In this document: piece by piece, positions 30,136-38,509 of the stretch | How positions within the stretch are numbered: the stretch's first letter is position 1 | Layout of the letters: every line of letters begins with the position of its first letter | Origin: a virus | Virus record (IMG/VR): IMGVR_UViG_3300020473_000021 | Coordinates: 69,568 to 133,567 of that record | DNA: 64,000 nucleotides | Strand: one strand, 5' to 3' | The notes under the pieces: model-generated | What the model saw: only the letters and a program-made list of their open reading frames with translations | The model's database searches: none | Told to the model about the DNA's origin: nothing | Program-made: the position numbers and the translations under genes

Positions 30136-30897
30136 ATGGCCGATAAAGTTACCTATGGTAATACTGTCTTAAAAGGCATTAATAAGGCAGGCAATTTAAA
30201 ACCTGATGAGAACGGTTACTATACTGTTGTATTGGGCGCTATCGGTGTTATGAACTCTGGGGGTGAATGTTACCCAGATACTGAAAAGGCTCGTAACACG
30301 TTTAACCGTAGCAGCAGCTTACTACGTCGGATTAACCAAGGATTACTTCGTGGTGAATATGCTCACCCAGATCCTGCTGGTTATCCCAACATGATCGCCT
30401 TTGAACGTCGTGTTCGTCAAATCAAAGAAGACCGCATCTGCATGCACATTGCCGATGTTTGGTTGGAAGAGATTGAACATGAGGGTAAGAAACTTACTGG
30501 TATCCTAGGACGCATTCGTCCGACCGGTCCTTATGGTAAGGTTCTTAAAGAAATGTTAGACAACCCTGAAGAGAACGTTACTTTCTCTGGGCGTTACTAC
30601 AGTGATGTCTACATGAAGAACGGTGTGCGCCATCGTGAGATTCATACGGTAGGTACTTGGGACTTTGTTTCTGAACCTGGCGTAGCAGCATCACAGAAGT
30701 ATTGTTCACCGACACTTGAGTCAGCTGACGATACAGTCTTCTACCGCACTCAGTTAGAAGGTGCTGTTGTTGCTGAAGAAAACGATAAAGAGATGGCCAT
30801 GAGTATGGAGTCATCTGGCATCACAGCTCAAACACTAGTTGAAGAACTTGGTTTTAGTCGTAAGACTAAAGGTAGTCGCGCTTCTTTAGACTGGTAA
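30136..30897 (+). CDS. prohead maturation protease (phiKZ gp175-like)
   Basis: LRGEYAHP (His), TFSGR (Ser), TWDFVSEPG (Asp), PTGPYG; C-terminal TLE/SME possible self-cleavage sites. Confidence 0.88.
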   Translation: MADKVTYGNTVLKGINKAGNLKPDENGYYTVVLGAIGVMNSGGECYPDTEKARNTFNRSSSLLRRINQGLLRGEYAHPDPAGYPNMIAFERRVRQIKEDRICMHIADVWLEEIEHEGKKLTGILGRIRPTGPYGKVLKEMLDNPEENVTFSGRYYSDVYMKNGVRHREIHTVGTWDFVSEPGVAASQKYCSPTLESADDTVFYRTQLEGAVVAEENDKEMAMSMESSGITAQTLVEELGFSRKTKGSRASLDW

Positions 30898-30930
30898 TAT
30901 GTGGGGAGGGTAATCCTCCCCATATGCCGA
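30898..30930 (+). terminator. hairpin after protease gene
   Basis: ATGTGGGGAGG-GTAAT-CCTCCCCATAT followed by GCCGA rather than a U tract. Confidence 0.6.
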
Positions 30931-30948
30931 TTGCTCAAATTTATAGAC

Positions 30949-30957
30949 ATATATCAT
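30949..30957 (+). promoter_or_regulatory. candidate early promoter motif ATATATCAT
   Basis: Recurrent intergenic 9-mer upstream of accessory genes. Confidence 0.55.
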
Positions 30958-31027
30958 TGATGTGACTTGTAGTTAATCTAGATGTATGCAACACATGTAT
31001 TGATGTAATTTAATTTAAGGATATCTC

Positions 31028-31372
31028 ATGTCTAATCGAAATAGCATTTTGGAGATTAGTGATAAGCTTGCGTTAAAGGCAGCTATCAATACTTTGATCC
31101 ATGATTTGGGTTTAGTAAAAGAGAAATGTACCGATCTGATGAATGATGAAAATTGTTCTGAAGAGGATAAGGTTGCATGTGAAACAATACTGAAAGATTA
31201 CGACGGTCACCTTGAAGACCTTCAAGATCAAATGGACTCTGTTTATCTAACGCGTGGTGAGGAACAATTTAAAGTTGCTTTGAATCGTTTCGCTGATACT
31301 GCGCAGGCAATAACGGACCTGATTAGTGATAATCTGGGAGCTAGCAATGATGAGGAAAACTCAGAACGCTGA
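31028..31372 (+). CDS. hypothetical acidic helical protein
   Basis: 114-aa ORF, AAGGA SD. Confidence 0.7.
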   Translation: MSNRNSILEISDKLALKAAINTLIHDLGLVKEKCTDLMNDENCSEEDKVACETILKDYDGHLEDLQDQMDSVYLTRGEEQFKVALNRFADTAQAITDLISDNLGASNDEENSER

Positions 31373-31562
31373 CTTCCTTAAACAATTACATGATGTACTT
31401 GATTTAGACGAGGATGCGAAAGTATCCTCTATTCAAGAGATATTGGATAAGGACGTCGGTCCAATCGGTGGTACTCGAAGAAAGAATGAACGTCGCTTTT
31501 TATGTGGCGAGATTACTTTCGATGAATACCTTGAATTATTAGAAAATCCATTAGGAGGTTAA
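31347..31562 (+). CDS. small hypothetical protein
   Basis: ORF 31326-31562; ATG at 31347 follows GGGAG. Confidence 0.55.
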   Translation: MMRKTQNADFLKQLHDVLDLDEDAKVSSIQEILDKDVGPIGGTRRKNERRFLCGEITFDEYLELLENPLGG

Positions 31563-31602
31563 TTATGACGTTTATTTTAAATTAATAAAAATAGGAGAAA
31601 CT

Positions 31603-31983
31603 ATGAAAAAATACGAAAACACTACAATAAAAACTATTGCAACAACACTATTCGGCATCTTGATGTATGATGCGTTAAAGTCTGTGGGAATAATCCCAAT
31701 GCTTATAACCGTACTCGTATGTTTGGGTGTCTTGATTTTATTCACAATAACAACGTGGATAGATTCACCTCGTGAAAAGCGAAGTGATAACCTGATAGCT
31801 ATTAATCAATTGATGATATTACCGATACTAGATTTCATGTGTAATACAGTCATTGGACTATCTATAGCCATATTGACTGACGATGGAATCGTTCTTGATA
31901 CCTATCACGTTGTCACTCTCCCGTTGTTGACCGCGACGTTAGCTCTATTTACGATCTATGCGTCACGTAAGCTGCAAGAGTAA
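31603..31983 (+). CDS. small membrane protein (3-4 hydrophobic segments)
   Basis: AGGAG SD; multiple hydrophobic stretches. Confidence 0.7.
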   Translation: MKKYENTTIKTIATTLFGILMYDALKSVGIIPMLITVLVCLGVLILFTITTWIDSPREKRSDNLIAINQLMILPILDFMCNTVIGLSIAILTDDGIVLDTYHVVTLPLLTATLALFTIYASRKLQE

Positions 31984-31991
31984 TGCGTATC

Positions 31992-32021
31992 GAGGAACCT
32001 TCGGGTTCCTCTTTTTTTTTT
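31992..32021 (+). terminator. intrinsic terminator
   Basis: GAGGAACC-TTCG-GGTTCCTC plus T10. Confidence 0.9.
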
Positions 32022-32069
32022 GACATGACTGCATTATCTAGTGACTAATAATAACTCTAGGGAAATGTC

Positions 32070-32642
32070 ATGGAACCGAAATATCGCCATTTAGATATTG
32101 ATCGAGAAAAACCCGTTGTATTTTTAGATTTATGTGGGGTCGTTAACCATGTGCTAGCCTTTAGACCATGGTGGATGACTGTGGCTAATATGTCGGTAAG
32201 TAAACACGATTGGGCTGATACACACATGATCAAGTTACTCGGGGAGATATTCAGACAAACCAACACACAGATAGTCATCGTATCCTCTTGGGCACCAAGC
32301 TTTAAAGGTCCGGAACATGAGACCATCCGGCGGATCGCTAAAGATCTTGAATTGGATAATGTATTGGGTAGCGCACACACAGGTGGTGGCGACTTTAGAG
32401 CGCAGTGCATATTGGAGTGTGTTGCTGAGAAAAAGCTAGAGAAGTACCTTATCATTGATGACGCGATGCCGATGTACGAGAAATCGACAGATCTGCATGA
32501 CAATCTAATTTCTCCAGATGGTCGTTGGGGCATCACATACCGTGAACTCGATGAGATCTACATCACGTTAAAGCGTATGTTGGGTGAAGAACTCAACCAA
32601 GATGAGGAGTTTACTGCTAACGTAATCGATAATGGTAGGTAG
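32070..32642 (+). CDS. HAD-superfamily protein (HAD_SAK-like)
   Basis: VVFLDLCGVVN (motif I variant), IVIVSSW (motif II), YLIIDD (motif IV). Confidence 0.75.
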   Translation: MEPKYRHLDIDREKPVVFLDLCGVVNHVLAFRPWWMTVANMSVSKHDWADTHMIKLLGEIFRQTNTQIVIVSSWAPSFKGPEHETIRRIAKDLELDNVLGSAHTGGGDFRAQCILECVAEKKLEKYLIIDDAMPMYEKSTDLHDNLISPDGRWGITYRELDEIYITLKRMLGEELNQDEEFTANVIDNGR

Positions 32643-32743
32643 GAGCTCCTGTATGCGCCTGTACGAGGTTTAAACTCTTAACTCGACAACTTATGCATCT
32701 TTTGATTATATCTCCTTAGAATGTAAATAAAACAATGTGAGAT

Positions 32744-32752
32744 ATATATCAT
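32744..32752 (+). promoter_or_regulatory. candidate early promoter motif ATATATCAT
   Basis: Recurrent 9-mer in a 250-bp AT-rich intergenic region. Confidence 0.5.
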
Positions 32753-32894
32753 CAATTTGATTCTGCGTTAAAGAATCTCCTTATAAATACCAATTATAAA
32801 ACATACGTGTAAAGTTTTACACGACTGCATCGTTATATAGCGACGATAGTGTCGCATCGTTAAATCAACAAACCATAATTAAGGAAAAAGACAC

Positions 32895-33350
32895 ATGTCT
32901 GATATCAGTCCAAATGTAAACAAGCTTGCCGAACAATTCCAGGGTCAAATGGAACAAGGCGAGGGTGGTGTACTTAACCTTCCGGCTAAAGCCTATGAGC
33001 AGAGTCTTCCTGAAGATCTGTCTATGGATACCGTAAAGCGTGTCAAATCACATGACGAAGATGTGGTCGCAGCACTGACTCTGGCAACCGGTCGTCAGGG
33101 TGAGCAGATGATGAAGAATGACAAAGGCCTTCAGTCTGTATCGTCTTCTATGAAGTTTGGTAAGTTCGGTGATGTTAACGTACAGTATGACCGCGCTAAG
33201 GTTGGTCCTAAGTCAATCACTGACCGCACTGAAGTTACTCGCTATGGTCAGACGCAAGCCCGCGTTCGCACGTTCGCTGGTAAACCTCGCGGTGATCTGA
33301 AGAAGGTCCGTGAGACTCTGGCGTCTAATGCTGAGAAACTATTCGGTTAA
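32895..33350 (+). CDS. hypothetical protein
   Basis: 151 aa; AAGGA SD; own promoter-like region and terminator. Confidence 0.75.
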   Translation: MSDISPNVNKLAEQFQGQMEQGEGGVLNLPAKAYEQSLPEDLSMDTVKRVKSHDEDVVAALTLATGRQGEQMMKNDKGLQSVSSSMKFGKFGDVNVQYDRAKVGPKSITDRTEVTRYGQTQARVRTFAGKPRGDLKKVRETLASNAEKLFG

Positions 33351-33365
33351 GTTTCCTGCGTAGGT

Positions 33366-33408
33366 GGACCTACCTCTTCGGAGGTGGGTCTGCCAACTTT
33401 TATTTTTT
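33366..33408 (+). terminator. terminator-like hairpin
   Basis: GGACCTACCTC-TTCG-GAGGTGGGTCT followed by a T-rich tract. Confidence 0.75.
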
Positions 33409-33421
33409 GAGGTGACTCATC

Positions 33422-34006
33422 ATGAATGTTAAAATACACTTTTTGTTAAATCCACAAGTCATCACCATGATGTCTAATACCTATTCTTGGGCGCTCAAGT
33501 CTAAAGAGGAATTTGATGAGTTGCCCGATAAAGAAAAATCAGAAATACGAGATGTACGTGGTAAATTCAATTACATCGATCAAGCTGTTGAACTTATCAA
33601 CTTAGAATTAGAAGATCAATATCGATATGTCGGTCTTAAACGTATCGATGAGACTGACTTAAAACGGGCCTATCGAATTCAACTGGGTCAAGAACCCGAT
33701 GACCGCTTAGGTACTATCTACAACTGGGTTATGGCTAAATTCCCATTATTGCTTCCATATGAGGGCAACAAGTGCGTTAAACATCTATGTGACTGCAACA
33801 CTAAGCATGAAGTACAACTCAAGCTCTATGACGATTTCATAGAGGATATGGAAGATCGTGGTAAGTTAACCTCCATCACTCGTATTCCCGGTGGATATTT
33901 AGACGCACACACCATCGAGCAGTTATTCTTAGATGTATTGGAAGTTATTGAAGATTATAATCCTGAGATGGCTAAGATCTATGACTTTAACATGGTGAAG
34001 GAATGA
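33422..34006 (+). CDS. hypothetical protein
   Basis: 194-aa ORF, GAGGT SD. Confidence 0.7.
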   Translation: MNVKIHFLLNPQVITMMSNTYSWALKSKEEFDELPDKEKSEIRDVRGKFNYIDQAVELINLELEDQYRYVGLKRIDETDLKRAYRIQLGQEPDDRLGTIYNWVMAKFPLLLPYEGNKCVKHLCDCNTKHEVQLKLYDDFIEDMEDRGKLTSITRIPGGYLDAHTIEQLFLDVLEVIEDYNPEMAKIYDFNMVKE

Positions 34007-34383
34007 TTGAGTTATATACTGTTCAGATTAGTAATGTAAACAATATTGACGATGAGACGATTGAGGTATTGGATACAACAGTAAAGTCTGGCTACGGTAT
34101 GTTAGCGCCCACTTGGAATATGGTCTGGGATTTTAAGTCAGGAGAATTAAGCTGGCGGGACTATACAAGGCGTTACTTAGAGATGATGCGCGAGTCATTA
34201 AGTGCGAATCGTCCGTTGTGGTCTAAGTTGTTTTCGAATAACACCAGTGGCAATAGGAAAATAGCACTTGCTTGTTATTGTAAACCTAACGCTTGTTGTC
34301 ATCGTTATCTGTTAAGGGACTTTATCATTGACTGGAAAAGTTCGGAAGGTGAGGAGATTCTAGATATGGGTGAATTGCTATAA
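34003..34383 (+). CDS. DUF488-like protein
   Basis: LAPTWNMV...F..G..SW..Y..RY and IALACYCKPNACCHRYLL pattern. Confidence 0.7.
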   Translation: MIELYTVQISNVNNIDDETIEVLDTTVKSGYGMLAPTWNMVWDFKSGELSWRDYTRRYLEMMRESLSANRPLWSKLFSNNTSGNRKIALACYCKPNACCHRYLLRDFIIDWKSSEGEEILDMGELL

Positions 34384-34385
34384 TC

Positions 34386-34415
34386 AAAAAAAAAAGAGGG
34401 AGGTGTTACCCTCCC
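34386..34415 (-). terminator. terminator for the tail tube/sheath transcript
   Basis: A10 run left of GGGAGG-TGTTAC-CCTCCC. Confidence 0.65.
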
Positions 34416-34474
34416 CCAAATCAGTCAGACACTCGCCAGGGATCGAGTGCCTATACCATTAAGGCGGATAAAGA

Positions 34475-34504
34475 GGGAGGCCGAAGCCTCCCCTTTATTT
34501 TTTG
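34475..34504 (+). terminator. intrinsic terminator
   Basis: GGGAGGC-CGAA-GCCTCCC plus T tract. Confidence 0.75.
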
Positions 34505-34506
34505 TC

Positions 34507-35382
34507 TTACTGACCTGTTCCAACGCCAGACTCGCTCGCACGCTGGATACTTTCACGGTAACCATTGTTTTGAGCGCGGATGTCTGCTTGAATCTGATCA
34601 ACGAATGCTGGGCGCTGATGCGGTCCGGCATTGATATAGTTGATTTCATCAAGACGTGCTTGGGCAAAGTCCATAACACCACGCGATTGAACTGGGATAC
34701 CAGTAAACTCGATTGACAACTCCGGTACTTCTTGACCAGTAGTTAAGTCACGAGTAGACTCGATGATACCAGAACTCAGAGGGAACATGTTAGTTACCAT
34801 CCAAGCGTGGACAACTTTACGACGCAACGGATCTGGTTCGATGTACAACGTAGTGAAGCTGTACATGTCTGCCAACTGATCGTCGATAGCATCAGGGTTG
34901 ATCGTCATGATACCCGGTTGCTTAGTCGTTGGATCAGCAATCAAGTTGCGGATGAAGTAAGACCAGAAGGTACTGATCGCTGCACCGTAACGCTCGTCGT
35001 AAGCGTGAGTCGGTGTGATCTGTTCTTCCGTCACATTGTTAGGGTCACGTTGCATGTGGCCTGCACCACCAATTTGACGTTCACCTGCTTCAACCGTCAA
35101 ACCACGAGAGATGCCCGTGATGTTCTTCGATTGAGTTTCAATAAGAGACTTCAGAGTAGCTACCAATTGATCAGAATCCGGTAACCCAGAGAAACCACGA
35201 GGAGCCTCAACAAGTAATGGGATAAGATTCTGTGGTACGTAACCTGTGTTAGAAACGTACGTATCAATATCAGGCTGGTAGCCATACTGACCGTCTACGG
35301 CAAGGTTGACTTGGGGAGCGAGATTCTCGCGTCCCCGTGTATGACCTACGCCGCGTTTGAAAATGTCTTTAGTTCTGCTCAT
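34507..35382 (-). CDS. tail tube protein (phiKZ gp30-like)
   Basis: Directly downstream of the sheath gene; LYIEPDP...W...NMFP...ELSIEFTG tube-like pattern. Confidence 0.8.
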   Translation of the reverse strand: MSRTKDIFKRGVGHTRGRENLAPQVNLAVDGQYGYQPDIDTYVSNTGYVPQNLIPLLVEAPRGFSGLPDSDQLVATLKSLIETQSKNITGISRGLTVEAGERQIGGAGHMQRDPNNVTEEQITPTHAYDERYGAAISTFWSYFIRNLIADPTTKQPGIMTINPDAIDDQLADMYSFTTLYIEPDPLRRKVVHAWMVTNMFPLSSGIIESTRDLTTGQEVPELSIEFTGIPVQSRGVMDFAQARLDEINYINAGPHQRPAFVDQIQADIRAQNNGYRESIQRASESGVGTGQ

Positions 35383-35407
35383 ATTTCAACGCTCCGTAAT
35401 CGGTGTA

Positions 35408-37465
35408 TTAACCAGCGAAATCGGCACGACGACGCGCGACGATTGTGTACGATCCAACACTACGCATGTTGTTCATGTATAGCTCGATGGTCGTAGACCA
35501 TGCATAACCCAGCTCTTCATCGATGTCAGTGAATTCTGTGCGAGGCACAACAATCACACGATCATCAAAACGACCTTGGGTCATGTCAGCGATGAGGTCA
35601 TCACTGCGCTCAATGAACTGATCGGCAGTAAGTTTACTGTTACCAGTAAGCTGACGCCATGCGCGCTCTGCAACTTTCTCAACTTCAGCAACAATGAACA
35701 TGTTGATAGCTGAGTTCAACGTTGAAGTTGAATCATCATAAACAGTTTGAATTGCTGGGAAGAACAAGCTGCGACGATCGAAGTTCTGTACCCAAACCAG
35801 ACCAGCGTCCCAATCATTGTCGTAGACGTTTTGTGGTTTGTAGGTAGCGTTGACGTTCTTGAACATGTCAACTTGGTTGTATGGTGCAGTATCGAAACCA
35901 CGATCGGCTTTCCAGATACCATCACCAGCACCCATGAAGCTCGAACACATATCTGCAAACTGGATAGTCAACGGCAATAGACCTTTGTAAGGGCTACGCA
36001 GTAATTCACCAGAGTGACCGATAACAACGGCACGACAGACAGATGTACCATAAACTTCTGACTCAGGGAAAGCACGAGCAGCTGCACGTAACGTGGTAGC
36101 CATTGCACTTTCTTGCTCGGCAGTGTTCTGCGGTAGCAATACATCTTGTGTAGACAAGATGGTCACGACGTCTTTCCGGCGAGACATTGGGATAAGCATT
36201 GCTTTCTTAGTATCCAAGTCAAAACCAGTGTCGTAGAATACGCTGTGTGGGTACATCGCTGTATCCAACAGTGGGAATTCACCGTCACCATATTGCTCAC
36301 ATTCGTTCTTAACTAACTTGTTAAGGTTTTCGAATGAGATGGTACCATCAGAACCGCCAGCGGCATAATGGTTGGTGTTTGGTGTAAATACTGCACCGCC
36401 ACCTGCTACGCCTTCAAGTTTCAGCGTATGGTAAGCATTACCTTCCAGATCTTCACCACCAACGAAGTTAAATAGATATTTAGCTTCTTCAGGGTCAGTA
36501 GGCCAATCCGGTTGTTGTGGCTGCTCGGCAGTGTACAGCATTTCTAAAACAGTATCGATATCGTCTTGGTAGACGTGCAGTCCATTGAATGGACCATACT
36601 GTTTAGGCAATACATCCAGGTCACGGTAAGCATCCAACAGGATGTCGCCAGCATAAAGCTCTGCATCGAAGTTCTTATCGATACTACCTGGTTTCAATGA
36701 GAACTCAACCGTTTGAGAACCGCGTTTGGTCTCAATGATGTTTGGTTGAGAACGGGCGTCTGGACGCTCGATCATCTGCATACGGAATAAGAATGCAGAT
36801 TGGTCAACGATGGCTGACTCGTTAGCAACCTGAGAAGAACTCAGTGTTGGAGCAAACATACGCAGACCTTTCAGGTTGCCGTGTGCACCAAAATCGCTAA
36901 CTTGTAAATCCATGATTGGATATACAGTAGACTGCTCGTCGTTGGCATTTAACATTTCACCGGCTTGCGCTTGCGCATTGCCGATTTCGCCAGTCTCAGA
37001 ATGAGTAACCAACCAACGCGCGCGATTACCGGCGACAGTATCACCAGTTTCGATTGGTTTGCCGTCAACGTCTAATGCGACGCTACCGTCTGGGTTACGC
37101 TGATAAACTGGAACCTGATCAGATACAACTTCAAGAGACAAACGAATCGTCGCTGGAGCATTTGCATCTTCAGGCTTAAGACGCTGAACCATCATCGCGT
37201 TGCCGTTGCCATTTAAGACACTAGCCAACACAGTCTGATGCGTTGCGTACTTACTGCGCAAGTCGAAGGACTTCGAACCATACATGCGCTGAGCTGAAGA
37301 GCCAGACACGATTTGAGGTTCTAATGGTCCTTTTTCTGTGAATAGGAATACATGAGGTAAATGCGTGGGGATTTGCTCGGGGATAACTGGAAGGTTACCA
37401 CCGGACTCATCACGCACCCCTTTTAAGATCGCCTTTGGGGCGGCTTTTAACTTGTTGGTGCTCAT
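35408..37465 (-). CDS. contractile tail sheath protein (phiKZ gp29-like)
   Basis: PTHLP...EKGP, YG..SFD..SKYATHQT, YDTGF, FFPAIQTVYDD; start at 37465 after AAAGGAGG. Confidence 0.88.
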   Translation of the reverse strand: MSTNKLKAAPKAILKGVRDESGGNLPVIPEQIPTHLPHVFLFTEKGPLEPQIVSGSSAQRMYGSKSFDLRSKYATHQTVLASVLNGNGNAMMVQRLKPEDANAPATIRLSLEVVSDQVPVYQRNPDGSVALDVDGKPIETGDTVAGNRARWLVTHSETGEIGNAQAQAGEMLNANDEQSTVYPIMDLQVSDFGAHGNLKGLRMFAPTLSSSQVANESAIVDQSAFLFRMQMIERPDARSQPNIIETKRGSQTVEFSLKPGSIDKNFDAELYAGDILLDAYRDLDVLPKQYGPFNGLHVYQDDIDTVLEMLYTAEQPQQPDWPTDPEEAKYLFNFVGGEDLEGNAYHTLKLEGVAGGGAVFTPNTNHYAAGGSDGTISFENLNKLVKNECEQYGDGEFPLLDTAMYPHSVFYDTGFDLDTKKAMLIPMSRRKDVVTILSTQDVLLPQNTAEQESAMATTLRAAARAFPESEVYGTSVCRAVVIGHSGELLRSPYKGLLPLTIQFADMCSSFMGAGDGIWKADRGFDTAPYNQVDMFKNVNATYKPQNVYDNDWDAGLVWVQNFDRRSLFFPAIQTVYDDSTSTLNSAINMFIVAEVEKVAERAWRQLTGNSKLTADQFIERSDDLIADMTQGRFDDRVIVVPRTEFTDIDEELGYAWSTTIELYMNNMRSVGSYTIVARRRADFAG

Positions 37466-37600
37466 TAAGAGCCCTCCTTTGTCTAATCTGGACCAGATTC
37501 TATGGATAATGTTGATCATACATCATCATAGAATTAACGCTATATTGATGGTAATGTGATTTTTTACACAACCTTCTAATAGGACGGAGTAACAAAAACT

Positions 37601-38500
37601 ATGTTTACCACACCTTACCAGACTACGGTTTGCCGATCACATAAAGTGGACGACATCGTAAAAGAATTAAAAGAACGGATTATCGCGCATACGTTGCACA
37701 GTACCAATCCCTACATTCTATTTGTAACACAGCAGGATACCGAAGTAAAACCCTTCGTACATCCCATGCTCATAGAGATGGACAGGGACGAGCGGTACAT
37801 TGTATCCGACCTTCGTCCAGTAAGCCGCATTAATTCAAATGGAGAGATCGTCCAGACGAGTGATTTCCAATACATGAACTACCGTTGTGTTCTGATGAAA
37901 GAAGCATGGATTGATGGTAATGTAGAAGATCTATTGAACTTGGGTGATTACCAAATAAAAGTATTCAGTAAGTTGATGGCTGAGAACTTAGGTCGCCGGA
38001 TGAACCTTAAGATTGAAACACAGCTTCGCATCCAAGTTCTATCTTGCTTCTACTACTTATCTTTGTTTGAAGAGCAAGACGATTATGATTACAACGATGA
38101 AGACCAGTTGATGCGTCGTGCTAAACGTTGTAGTCGAATTTCTGGTTTGCCGATTCAAGACGTGTTAGAGATCATTGATTCTCTTCCAAATATCGGAACA
38201 ATGAATATGTTCACTGAAGCATTGCGTGAACGCACTCAAAGTGTTCGACTTGAAAAGTTATCTGCGGGTGTGATCTACACCATGTTAGGTGGTGTATGGT
38301 TTGGCAATAATGCATCTGAGCAGGTAGCTGTAGCACTTGAACATCCGCCGACGTGGTGCGCCATGTTGTATATGGCTACTGTAAATCGTGGTTATCGTAA
38401 AACCATCTTGGGACAACTGACACAACAAATGAATAAACGAAGTGACTTAGGTGACACATTTATTCGCAACTTCGGTGCGTTGACTCGAGACTACTCCTAA
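37601..38500 (+). CDS. virion structural protein (phiKZ gp28-like)
   Basis: Divergent from the sheath gene; MFTTPYQTT start and VAVALEHPPTW; phiKZ synteny. Confidence 0.7.
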   Translation: MFTTPYQTTVCRSHKVDDIVKELKERIIAHTLHSTNPYILFVTQQDTEVKPFVHPMLIEMDRDERYIVSDLRPVSRINSNGEIVQTSDFQYMNYRCVLMKEAWIDGNVEDLLNLGDYQIKVFSKLMAENLGRRMNLKIETQLRIQVLSCFYYLSLFEEQDDYDYNDEDQLMRRAKRCSRISGLPIQDVLEIIDSLPNIGTMNMFTEALRERTQSVRLEKLSAGVIYTMLGGVWFGNNASEQVAVALEHPPTWCAMLYMATVNRGYRKTILGQLTQQMNKRSDLGDTFIRNFGALTRDYS

Positions 38501-38509
38501 GGAGTACCC

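Noticed and set aside
32643-32894. tRNA or structured RNA in the intergenic gap
   Set aside because: No cloverleaf or T-loop motif; only short hairpins and a promoter-like motif.
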